The position numbers and the translations under genes are program-made. From an uncultured Verrucomicrobiae bacterium (lineage in GTDB: Bacteria > Verrucomicrobiota > Verrucomicrobiia > Opitutales > JABDGR01): a stretch of 64,000 nucleotides of DNA. Position 1 is the stretch's first letter, and every line of letters starts with the position of its first letter. Positions 30,079-38,731 of this stretch are shown in pieces. The stretch spans positions 256,001 to 320,000 of the forward strand of contig CAVXVB010000007.1 of the NCBI GenBank assembly GCA_963765205.1, written 5' to 3'. Below the pieces are notes generated by a model. The model searched no databases. It saw nothing but the letters and a program-made list of their open reading frames with translations, and was not told where the DNA came from.

Positions 30079-30870
30079 TCACGCTGCCGTCGCCGTTTTC
30101 CCCGCGGTCGTTGTTTGGCCCGGGGCCAGCCAGACCATCAGTGTGAACAGCAGGAGTGGCCAGACTAAACTGATAAAGAAACTGTTCCCCAATATGGGAA
30201 GGAATTTGAAACTCGTTCTCACAAAAAATTCATTCGAAAGATTCTGGGTGCCATGCCGGATGTAGGTATTAAGGAAATCCACGATGGTGCTATTGATGAA
30301 GTAAATCGCCATGGGCCATAAAAACATGCCCAGGCCCGTCATAGCAACCGAATGGCGAGTGACCAGCCGCTTGGCCAAAAATCGCGGCACGCCGCGCGCG
30401 AGCCAGAAAGCGGCCACCACCAGGGGAACCAGATACAAAAGCAGGCATTCAAAGGCCGGTATGTAATTGCCCAATAAATCCTGCTCCCAGTTGCCTGGTG
30501 AACCACTGTAATCAAAAGATAGTTCCGCAAACAAGGAAAGGATTACCCGCCAAATCATAAGAGAGGCCTCTTGCCAACGCAGGAGTGCGAAAACGCCAAA
30601 CACCAACCAGAATACCCGTGGCGCCCAGCTTCGTTTAGTCGCGATCTTGGTGAATTCATCGGCGACCGGCGCAGATGGGCCAATCCGGTGGCGCGCGACG
30701 AGAAAAGCCTCCTCGTCGCTGAGGTCTTTTTTCTTGAGCTCGGCGAAACCGTCGCGCAGGTGCGCTTCGAGTTCGCGCAGGTCGGCGGGCGCCGGGCCGG
30801 GATGCCGGGCCAGTTCCGCGCGCCAGGCGGCGACGGCCTGGTCTAAGTCGAAGCGGGGCGGGGGTTCCAT
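30079..30870 (-). CDS. HAAS/permease-prefix-like domain multi-TM protein
   Basis: First 75 aa match the 29137 protein at 68 positions; about 4 TM segments follow; overlaps the padR end. Confidence 0.82.
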   Translation of the reverse strand: MEPPPRFDLDQAVAAWRAELARHPGPAPADLRELEAHLRDGFAELKKKDLSDEEAFLVARHRIGPSAPVADEFTKIATKRSWAPRVFWLVFGVFALLRWQEASLMIWRVILSLFAELSFDYSGSPGNWEQDLLGNYIPAFECLLLYLVPLVVAAFWLARGVPRFLAKRLVTRHSVAMTGLGMFLWPMAIYFINSTIVDFLNTYIRHGTQNLSNEFFVRTSFKFLPILGNSFFISLVWPLLLFTLMVWLAPGQTTTAGKTATAA

Positions 30871-31181
30871 AATTGGGTGAGGGTGTGGTGCGCGGCCAGC
30901 CATTGCGCCTTTTCCTGGTTGAGCGCGCGGTGGCCGGCGCGGGTGAGGCGGTAGTATTTGCGTTCGCGGCCGTTTTCGGCCTCGCGCCACTCGGCGGCGA
31001 TGAGTTCCTCCTCTTCGAGCCGGTGCAAAACGGGGTAGAGCATCCCGTCCGTCCACTGCACCTGCTCCTGCGACAGGGCGCGGGCGCGCTGGGCCAGCGC
31101 GTAGCCGTAGCTCTCGCCCTCGGCGAGGATGGACAGGAGCAGGGGCCGCGCGGAGGCGGCGATGAGTTCGCGGCTGAACAT
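30843..31181 (-). CDS. PadR family transcriptional regulator (copy 1)
   Basis: LLLSIL...SYGY, GMLYPVLHRLE, RKYYRLT..G. Confidence 0.93.
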   Translation of the reverse strand: MFSRELIAASARPLLLSILAEGESYGYALAQRARALSQEQVQWTDGMLYPVLHRLEEEELIAAEWREAENGRERKYYRLTRAGHRALNQEKAQWLAAHHTLTQLWNPRPAST

Positions 31182-31187
31182 GCCGCC

Positions 31188-31216
31188 ACTATACCTCGAT
31201 GGGCGAGGTATGTCAA
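31188..31216 (-). promoter_or_regulatory. Leaderless sigma70 promoter with palindromic operator
   Basis: TTGACA-N17-TATAGT-N6-ATG; perfect IR ATACCTCG-N5-CGAGGTAT at 31191-31211. Confidence 0.85.
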
Positions 31217-31276
31217 GGGGTAAAGGGCAATTTTTTTCACTTGCCTTGCCTTACTCTTTTGCCTTACCTTTTCGCC

Positions 31277-31516
31277 ATGCAAGCGACCCTGACCAGCAAG
31301 GGGCAGATCACCCTGCCTGCCGCGTTGCGCCGCCGCCTCGGCCTGCAGAAGGGCGACGTGCTGGAATTCGACGAGACCGCGCCGTTTTTGAAAGCGACCC
31401 GGGCGTTTGACCGCCGGGCCATGCTCGCCGTGGTGGGGCGGGGCGCGCGCAAGCTCAAAGGCAAAAGCACCGCGCAATGGCTCGACGAATTGCGCGGGCC
31501 GGTTGCATTGCCATGA
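31277..31516 (+). CDS. AbrB/MazE/VapB-type antitoxin
   Basis: TSKGQITLPAALRRRLGL..GD. Confidence 0.9.
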   Translation: MQATLTSKGQITLPAALRRRLGLQKGDVLEFDETAPFLKATRAFDRRAMLAVVGRGARKLKGKSTAQWLDELRGPVALP

Positions 31517-31914
31517 TTACCGCCGTGGACACCTCCGTGCTCATCGCCATCTATCGGGGTGAGGCGGAAGGGCGCCGCTGGGCGGAACGCCTCGCTGATT
31601 GCCGCACGGAAGGCGGCCTATGCGTTGGCGAAGTCGTCGCCGCGGAATTTTTCGCCGTGGTGATGGACGAACAGGAATACGCCTACATTTTTCGGCAATT
31701 GGGCCTGGAGTTGCGGCCCAGCAACCTGGCGGTCGCGCGGCAGGCCGGGCGCGGCTTCCGCCCTTATCGCGATGCAGGCGGCCCGCGCCTGCATTTGATT
31801 CCGGATTTCCTCATCGCGGCTCATGCCCAGATTCAAGCCGACCGCCTCGCCACCCTGGATCGCGGCTATCTGCGGCGCTATTTTGCCGACCTGTCCCTGG
31901 TTACGCTGGCTTAG
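31513..31914 (+). CDS. VapC-type PIN domain toxin
   Basis: VDTSVLI, AAEF, IPDFLIAAHA, LATLD; ATGA overlap with the antitoxin. Confidence 0.9.
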   Translation: MITAVDTSVLIAIYRGEAEGRRWAERLADCRTEGGLCVGEVVAAEFFAVVMDEQEYAYIFRQLGLELRPSNLAVARQAGRGFRPYRDAGGPRLHLIPDFLIAAHAQIQADRLATLDRGYLRRYFADLSLVTLA

Positions 31915-31971
31915 ACCGTCGCCCAAGCCACCGCTGCGCTGCGTGAGATTTTCCCGCTCCGAACTGTTCTC

Positions 31972-32019
31972 ATACCTCAAACTTAGAGGCTTGACATACC
32001 TCAAGATGTGATGTATGGT
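31972..32019 (+). promoter_or_regulatory. Leaderless sigma70 promoter with two operator-like sites
   Basis: TTGACA(31991)-N17-TATGGT-N6-ATG(32026); ATACCTCA-N5-TGATGTAT and an upstream ATACCTCA-N5-AGAGGCTT. Confidence 0.8.
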
Positions 32020-32025
32020 GGAAGC

Positions 32026-32373
32026 ATGACCACCAAAACCACCCCGACCAACCCGAGCTTCCTGAACGGCGTGCCGGAGCTGCTGGTGCTGCGGCTGCTC
32101 GCCCGCCGCGCGATGTATGGCTACGAGATCGTCAAGGAAATCCAGGTGCAGACCAGCGACGCCCTGTCCTTCGGCGAGGGCTGCATCTACCCCTACCTGC
32201 ATTATCTCGAGGCGGAGAAATTCGTGCGCAGCCGCCGCCGCGAGGTCGCGGGCCGCAGCCGCAATTACTACGAACTCGCCGCGCGCGGCCAAAAGCGCCT
32301 CGCCGCCCTCGAACGCGAGTGGAGCCGCGTGACCGAGGCCGTCGCCGCCGTGAAGGGAGCGCAACATGCCTGA
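32026..32373 (+). CDS. PadR family transcriptional regulator (copy 2)
   Basis: ELLVLRLL...MYGYEIV, EGCIYPYLH.LE, RNYYEL...G. Confidence 0.93.
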   Translation: MTTKTTPTNPSFLNGVPELLVLRLLARRAMYGYEIVKEIQVQTSDALSFGEGCIYPYLHYLEAEKFVRSRRREVAGRSRNYYELAARGQKRLAALEREWSRVTEAVAAVKGAQHA

Positions 32374-33592
32374 CCCCAACCCCATCGCGCAGTTGCAACG
32401 TCGGCTCGTGGAACTTGGTTGCCCGGTGAAGGCCACACGTAAAATCGTTCGTGAAACCGCCGAGCATTACGAAGACTTGCAACACGCCGCCCAAGCGCAA
32501 GGCCTGCCGCCCGCGGAATCGGCCGCGCGCGCCGCGGAACAATTGGGCAACCCTGATGTATTGGCGGAGCGCCATGTCGAGGTGTTGCGGAAGTCTTCGT
32601 GGTGGGCGAGACATGCCTTTTTCACATTTGGATTTTTGCCATTGGTTACTACAGCTGGGATTTGGCACGTGTATGGTTTGATAAACGGCGGCCAGCTGCC
32701 CGACATCGCGGTAGATATCCTGCTCGCGATTAACGAATCTAAAATTTTCCTCTTGGCCTATTTTGCCGTCTATGGGGGCATTTTTGCGATAACTGCGCTG
32801 GTGACGGTTTTCTTTTGTTTGCGCGCCCAACAAATGGCGGTGAGGCGCCGATGGATTTGGATCATCGGCATCCTGCTGGCCGTGCAAGGTCTATTTCTCT
32901 AAATAAATACTTCGAACGAGGCGTTCTACCTGTTTCATCACGAATATATTACAGACGATATGGTCAAGGCGGAATTGCCCAATTTGGCGGGTGATCATCA
33001 AACCATGCAAAATGCGTCTGGCCTGGATGCCATGGATGCGGCATTGCATAAGGCGTGGGAAAAACAGTCTCATCCCCGGGCTTCACTATGGGATTCAGGG
33101 TTGCAAATAACCGTGACCACCCCGCAGGGGTATGGCTTTGTTTATAAAGCTTCAAAACGTCCCAATCCCATGGGTGATGTTGCCCACACGCAGGCTTCCC
33201 ATCGCGGCGGGAGGCTGATCCTAAGCGTTCCAGTGAACCCAGCCTGGCGGGACGAATTCGAGCAGATGAACGGACTTTGGCTTGAGGTGCCGACATATCC
33301 CCTAGCCGCAGACCTGCCACCGGGTGCGATTGTTGCCGACGACTTAAACGGGATCATGCTTCCTATTCCACAGATCTCGTATTTCATTTCATTCACTGGC
33401 TTTGGACATTGGAGTTGGGGTGCGTGGAGGCACCTTCCAAACGTGCCATTGTTAATCTGGCTGCTACACTGGCTCAACGTGGCCATGCCCTTGTTGGTTG
33501 TCGCAACCATGCTGGCTTGGCAAAGGCGCGTGGCCAAGCGTTCGCTGCGAGAATCACCGTTTGGCTCCGCGCAACCGGTTGGCACAGCCTGA
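32366..33592 (+). pseudogene. HAAS-like domain membrane protein split by an in-frame TAA at 32900-32902
   Basis: ORFs 32366-32902 and 32960-33592 are in the same frame with one stop between them; the final TM aligns with the paralog at 33600. Confidence 0.72.
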
Positions 33593-33599
33593 AAACAAC

Positions 33600-34136
33600 A
33601 TGCCCGCCGTCCCCTCCATCGAACAATTGCAACGGCGACTCGTCGAACTCGGCTGCCCGGCCCTGACCGTGCGCCGGATCGTCCGCGAAACCGCCGAGCA
33701 TTACGAAGACTTGCAGCAAGCGGCCGTGCGGCAGGGGCTGCCGCCCGCCGAGGCCGCCCGGCTGGCGGCGGAACAACTGGGCGATCCCGCCGTGCTGGCG
33801 GAACGGCATGTCGCCGCGTGGCGGAATACTTTGGCCGGAGGTTTCTGGCCCGGTGTCGCCCTGGTTTTGTCGCCGCTGGTTGTTTTGGGGTTGCCGCTTG
33901 TCTTTTGGGTGGGATGTCCGTTTTTCACCTTTTTGGCCGCCTTCTTGGGCTTTGAACTGGTCCGGCGTGCCCCGGCGAAATCCAAGTGGATGATCTTGCT
34001 GGCCTGCGCGCTGACTGCGCTGGAAGCCCTGTTGATACCGACTACGACATTGAACATCGCGACGCCGTGGCTGGTCGCGGGCCTAATCTATTTCGGGCAA
34101 CGGCCGGCGGACCATCCGGCATTGATTCAGCCTTGA
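33600..34136 (+). CDS. HAAS-like domain membrane protein (short paralog)
   Basis: About 53 of the first 71 aa identical to the 32366 protein; E.AEHYEDL....GL...EA...A.EQLGDP. Confidence 0.82.
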   Translation: MPAVPSIEQLQRRLVELGCPALTVRRIVRETAEHYEDLQQAAVRQGLPPAEAARLAAEQLGDPAVLAERHVAAWRNTLAGGFWPGVALVLSPLVVLGLPLVFWVGCPFFTFLAAFLGFELVRRAPAKSKWMILLACALTALEALLIPTTTLNIATPWLVAGLIYFGQRPADHPALIQP

Positions 34137-34221
34137 GCGGCGCGCAGGTGTGATGCAGTGGTGGAAAGACGATAACGCGCGCCGGGCTCCAAATTTTTGA
34201 TAGTGGGTCAATTTGCTAATT

Positions 34222-34297
34222 ACGTAGCGCGGTGCTTCAGCCCGCGCTTTGAGGATGAAGAAACTTTCTGAGCGCGGGCTAAAGCACCGCGCTACGT
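34222..34297. repeat. Inverted REP doublet (GTAG family)
   Basis: ACGTAGCGCGGTGCTTCAGCCCGCGCT ... AGCGCGGGCTAAAGCACCGCGCTACGT. Confidence 0.9.
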
Positions 34298-34413
34298 GAA
34301 AGGCATGGCCAGCTTCTGGCAAGGTCTGAAACTGACCCTTAGACAATTTTTTGTGCGCTTTTTGGGGGCGGCGGGGTCTATAATGAGACCAGGCCTTTAC
34401 CGGCCGCCCTTCC

Positions 34414-34998
34414 ATGACGCCCTTGGAACTCAACGCCCATCTCCTGCGCCTGATCGAGTCGGACGGCCACGACGAGGAGGCGCGCCACGCCGTCGTCGAG
34501 GCCGCCGCCCGGATGCAGCCCGACAGTCCCGTGAAGTATTGGAAAAAGACGACCACCACTTCCCGCGGCGGTCAACTGACCGGCCACGCCGACATCGGGC
34601 ACGACGTGATGGTGAATTTGAAAAACGGCGAAACCGAAACCAAGGAAATCAGTTGGGGCGATAAATCCCTGCGCATCGGGCACTTCAAGCTCTCGTGCCA
34701 AAAAAGCCGGCGCAAAAGGGACGCCGGCCAACTGCGGAGCCTCACCATCCGCCACTTCTGGAAAGCCGACCCCGGCACACGCTCCGAAACGGAAACGCCC
34801 GAGGAATGGCTCCTCCAGTTCGACGCCGCCGGCCAGCCCGAGTATTTCGCCAAAATCAGCGAGCCGGTCAAACTCTGGAGTTTGGCCAGCTTTACGATGT
34901 CGCAACTCTATGCTGTCGTCACCTGGTCCCGCGATGGCAAACTGGAGCGGAAGCCATACGCCAAAGTGCTCGAACGCAGAATCACCCGCTGGAAATGA
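34414..34998 (+). CDS. Hypothetical protein
   Basis: 194-aa ORF with GC-rich third positions; TATAAT about 30 nt upstream. Confidence 0.65.
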   Translation: MTPLELNAHLLRLIESDGHDEEARHAVVEAAARMQPDSPVKYWKKTTTTSRGGQLTGHADIGHDVMVNLKNGETETKEISWGDKSLRIGHFKLSCQKSRRKRDAGQLRSLTIRHFWKADPGTRSETETPEEWLLQFDAAGQPEYFAKISEPVKLWSLASFTMSQLYAVVTWSRDGKLERKPYAKVLERRITRWK

Positions 34999-35057
34999 AT
35001 AAATTTCCAGCCCAAACCTACGCGCAAATTCGATAATGGGGTGGGGGATAATTCGGA

Positions 35058-35146
35058 GTTTACCGTTTGCGGTTTACGGTTTACGGTCGTGGGCAACACC
35101 ACGGGCGGTGGTTTAACTGAAAACTGTAAACCGAAAACCGTAAACT
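35058..35146. repeat. Inverted heptamer arrays (GTTTACG...CGTAAAC)
   Basis: About four degenerate units per arm in opposite orientation. Confidence 0.75.
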
Positions 35147-35150
35147 CATT

Positions 35151-36083
35151 ATGCCAGCCCCGTCTGCGTCTGCTCCCAACCAGCCCATTGAATACTTCAA
35201 CCGGCATACGGGCCGCGTCGAAGTCGAGCGGGTTTACGGCGAGGCGGCGCTGCGCTGGGCGTATGAGAACCCGTTCGGAAGGCTCACGAATTGGGCGTTC
35301 GCGCGCCGGGCCTGGCTGGCCCGGTGGTATGGCTGGTGGATGAGTTCGCCGGCGACCCGCGACAAAATTCCCCTCTTCATCGAAAAATTCGGCCTCGACG
35401 TTTCTGAGTTTGCCGAGCGGCCGGAGAACTTCGCCAGCTTCAACGATTTCTTTGTGCGCAAGCTCAAGCCCGGCGCGCGGCCCCTCGAGGGCGACGCCAA
35501 CACCGTCGTCTTTGGCGCGGACGGACGGCATTTGGGCTTTCCCGATGCCTCGCAGGCGGAGGGTGTGTTCGTGAAAGGGCAGCAATGGGATTTGGCGGCG
35601 CTGCTCGGTGACGCGGAGCTGGCAAAAACTTACGCGCACGGCGCGCTGGTGCTTTCGCGGCTGTGTCCCGTGGACTATCACCGGTTTCATTTTCCGGCGG
35701 ACGGCACGCCCGGCGCGCCGCGCTGGCTGCCGGGCACGCTGTGGAGCGTGAACCCCATCGCGCTGCGGCGGAATTTGGCGTATCTCTGGGAGAACAAGCG
35801 CGCGGTGACCATTTTGACGACCGCGCGATTCGGCCGGGTGCTGCTTCTGGAAATCGGCGCGACGAACGTGGGCAGCATCAACCAAACTTTCACGCCGGAC
35901 AGGCCGGTAAGTCGCGGCGACGAAAAAGGCTACTTCGCCTTCGGCGGTTCTGCGACGGCGACGCTTTTCGAGCCGGGCAAAGTGCGGCTGGCGGACGATT
36001 TGGTTGCGCAGACCAAAGCCGGACGGGAATTGTATGCGAGGATGGGGACGAAATTGGGGAGTGCTCTAGTTTCTAGTTTATAG
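35151..36083 (+). CDS. psd: Phosphatidylserine decarboxylase
   Basis: SFNDFFVRKLK, RLCPVDYHRFHFP, IGATNVGSI, FAFGGSA cleavage motif. Confidence 0.93.
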   Translation: MPAPSASAPNQPIEYFNRHTGRVEVERVYGEAALRWAYENPFGRLTNWAFARRAWLARWYGWWMSSPATRDKIPLFIEKFGLDVSEFAERPENFASFNDFFVRKLKPGARPLEGDANTVVFGADGRHLGFPDASQAEGVFVKGQQWDLAALLGDAELAKTYAHGALVLSRLCPVDYHRFHFPADGTPGAPRWLPGTLWSVNPIALRRNLAYLWENKRAVTILTTARFGRVLLLEIGATNVGSINQTFTPDRPVSRGDEKGYFAFGGSATATLFEPGKVRLADDLVAQTKAGRELYARMGTKLGSALVSSL

Positions 36084-36229
36084 TTTTTCAATTCGAGTGT
36101 TTTCACTTCCCATCCCGCCTTAACTAAAAACTAGAAACTAAAACACTCTGCAATTCCCTAACTTCTAGCTTCTATCTTCCAACTTCCACTGCTACGCTCG
36201 CCTTCTATCCCCTACCTCCTGCCCCCCGC

Positions 36230-38698
36230 ATGATTGTCCGCGAAAACGATTTGGCCTCGATTGTCGGGGCGCTCCATGCGCAACCGCACGCCGTGCTGGG
36301 GCTGCATCCGCTGACGTGGCAGGGCAAGAAGGGCCTCGTGGCGCGGGCGTTTTTGGACAACGTGCGCTCGTGTGAAGTAGTGGATTTGTCGTCGGAGCCG
36401 GAACGGCGCTACCCGCTGAAGTGCATCCATCCAGCGGGGTTTTTCGAGGGGTTTATCGAAGGGCGCACCACGGTGTTCCCCTATCGGCTGCGCGTCGCGC
36501 GCGGGAACGGCGAGATCCGCCAGTTCTACGACCCCTACGGCTTTTTGCCCACGCTCTCCGAGCAGGACTTGTATTTGTTCAACGAAGGCAACGACCATTT
36601 CGTTTACCGCAAACTCGGCGCGCACGTGCGCGAGCACGCCGGCGTCAAGGGAGTGTCGTTCGCGGTCTGGGCGCCCAGCGCGCGGCGCGTGTCGGTGGTG
36701 GGCGACTTCAACCGCTGGGACGGGCGCTACCACCCGCTGCGCTCGCTCGGCGCGTCCGGTGTGTGGGAGATTTTCATCCCCGGCCTCGAACCCGGCGCGA
36801 AATACAAATTCGAGATTTTCACCGGCGGCGGAAAATTGGTGCTCAAGACCGACCCCTACGGCCTGTTCTTCGAGCCGCCTCCGCACAACGCGGCGATTGT
36901 CTGGGACCTCGGCGGACACGAATGGGGCGACGGCGAGTGGGTGGAACGCCGCGCGCGCACCAACTGGGAGCGCGCGCCGCTGTCGTTTTACGAGGCGCAC
37001 CTCGGCTCGTGGAAACGCCAGGCGCACGACGGCCATCGCCCGCTGACTTACCGCGAGACCGCCACTGAGTTGGGCGCCTATGTGAAGGAACTGGGCTTCA
37101 CGCACATCGAATTCATGCCGCTGGCGGAATATCCCTTCGAGGGTTCGTGGGGTTACCAAGGCACCGGCTTTTTCGCGCCGACGCACCGCTACGGCCGCCC
37201 GCAGGATTTCATGGCCATGGTGGACTCTTTCCACCAGCAGGGCCTCGGCGTGATCATGGACTGGGTGCCCGCGCATTTCCCGCGCGACGCCTTCGCGCTG
37301 GCCGAATTCGACGGCACCCACCTCTACGAGCACGCCGACCCGCGTCAGGGCGCGCACCAGGACTGGGGCACGCTCATTTTCAATTACGGGCGGCACGAAG
37401 TGCGCGGCTTCCTCACCGGCAGCGCCCTTGCCTGGCTCGACCGCTACCACATGGACGGGCTGCGGGTGGACGCCGTGGCCTCGATGCTCTACCTCGACTA
37501 CTCGCGCAAGGAAGGCGAATGGGTGCCGAACAAATACGGCGGGCGCGAAAATATCGAGGCGATTGAATTCCTCCGCAAGACCAACAGCCTCGCGCACCAT
37601 TATTTCCCCGGCACGCTGATGATCGCCGAGGAGTCCACCGCCTTTGGCGGCGTGTCGAAGCCCGCCAGCGAAGGCGGCCTGGGCTTCGACTTCAAATGGA
37701 ACATGGGCTGGATGCACGACACCCTCGAATATTTCACCAAGGACCCCATCCACCGGCGCCATCACCACAACCAGTTGACTTTTCCCATGCTGTATCAATT
37801 CACGGAGAAGTTCATCTCCGTGTTCTCGCACGACGAGGTCGTGCACGGCAAGGGCGCGTTGATTTTGAAAATGGGATCCTGGGCGATGACGGACAAGGCG
37901 CGGACGCTGCGCGCCCTCTACGCGCTGATGTGGCTGTGGCCGGGCAAGAAATGCCTGTTCATGGGCCAGGAATGGGGCCAGTCCGGCGAATGGAAATACG
38001 ACGCCCCGCTCGAATGGCACCTCCTGCAATACCTCGACCACGAGGGCACGCGCCTCGCCGTGCGCGACTTGAACCGCCTCTACCAAAGCGAGCCGCGCCT
38101 GGCGGAACTGGACCTCGACGCGCGCGGCTTCGAGTGGATCAATGCCCACGACGCCGATAACAGTGTGATTACCTTCCTGCGCATTGGGCCGGACTGGGAA
38201 CCGATCTACGCCATTGCCTGCAATTTCACCCCCGTGGCGCGCCTGGCCTATCGGCTGGGCCTGCCGCGCGCGGGCCGCTGGCACGAAGTGCTCAACACCG
38301 ACGCCGCCTGCTACGGCGGCACCGGCCTGGGCAACCTCGGCGAAGTCCTCGCCGAGGCGAAACCCTGGGACCACCGCGAATACTCCGCCGCCATCGCCCT
38401 CCCCGGCCTCTCCACGGTGATTTTCAAATGGGAGCAGCCGGCGAAGCCTCCTGCTCCCCCGCCGCCCGTGGAGCTGCCGCCCCCTGTTCCGACCAGGAAA
38501 AAGCAACCCGCCTCGATGCCCGTCATGCTTGTCACGAAAAAACCCGCGGCTAAAAAATCTTCCGCGCCGAAAAAGGCACGCACAAAAAAGACGGCACTGC
38601 ACAGGTCATTATTGGAACTTTTACAATCCTGCCCCGAAGACCTCACCAAAATTGATCTGTCTCGTTCGCGCGAGCTGCCCCGTGAGATTGTGTTCTAA
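36230..38698 (+). CDS. glgB: 1,4-alpha-glucan branching enzyme with an extended C-terminal tail
   Basis: FAVWAP, SWGYQ, DWVPAHF, DGLRVDAVASM, IAEEST, SHDEVVHGK. Confidence 0.97.
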   Translation: MIVRENDLASIVGALHAQPHAVLGLHPLTWQGKKGLVARAFLDNVRSCEVVDLSSEPERRYPLKCIHPAGFFEGFIEGRTTVFPYRLRVARGNGEIRQFYDPYGFLPTLSEQDLYLFNEGNDHFVYRKLGAHVREHAGVKGVSFAVWAPSARRVSVVGDFNRWDGRYHPLRSLGASGVWEIFIPGLEPGAKYKFEIFTGGGKLVLKTDPYGLFFEPPPHNAAIVWDLGGHEWGDGEWVERRARTNWERAPLSFYEAHLGSWKRQAHDGHRPLTYRETATELGAYVKELGFTHIEFMPLAEYPFEGSWGYQGTGFFAPTHRYGRPQDFMAMVDSFHQQGLGVIMDWVPAHFPRDAFALAEFDGTHLYEHADPRQGAHQDWGTLIFNYGRHEVRGFLTGSALAWLDRYHMDGLRVDAVASMLYLDYSRKEGEWVPNKYGGRENIEAIEFLRKTNSLAHHYFPGTLMIAEESTAFGGVSKPASEGGLGFDFKWNMGWMHDTLEYFTKDPIHRRHHHNQLTFPMLYQFTEKFISVFSHDEVVHGKGALILKMGSWAMTDKARTLRALYALMWLWPGKKCLFMGQEWGQSGEWKYDAPLEWHLLQYLDHEGTRLAVRDLNRLYQSEPRLAELDLDARGFEWINAHDADNSVITFLRIGPDWEPIYAIACNFTPVARLAYRLGLPRAGRWHEVLNTDAACYGGTGLGNLGEVLAEAKPWDHREYSAAIALPGLSTVIFKWEQPAKPPAPPPPVELPPPVPTRKKQPASMPVMLVTKKPAAKKSSAPKKARTKKTALHRSLLELLQSCPEDLTKIDLSRSRELPREIVF

Positions 38699-38731
38699 GT
38701 TTTTGTCGGTTCCGAACATTAGCGAGAGGAA

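Noticed and set aside
29850..30890. Diversity-generating retroelement template/variable repeat pair
   Set aside because: No reverse transcriptase; the differences are synonymous rather than adenine-specific and lie in N-termini
36212..38602. Long antisense ORFs (796 aa opposite glgB, and many similar shadows)
   Set aside because: They mirror well-supported genes, carry no motifs, and are expected from GC-rich codon bias
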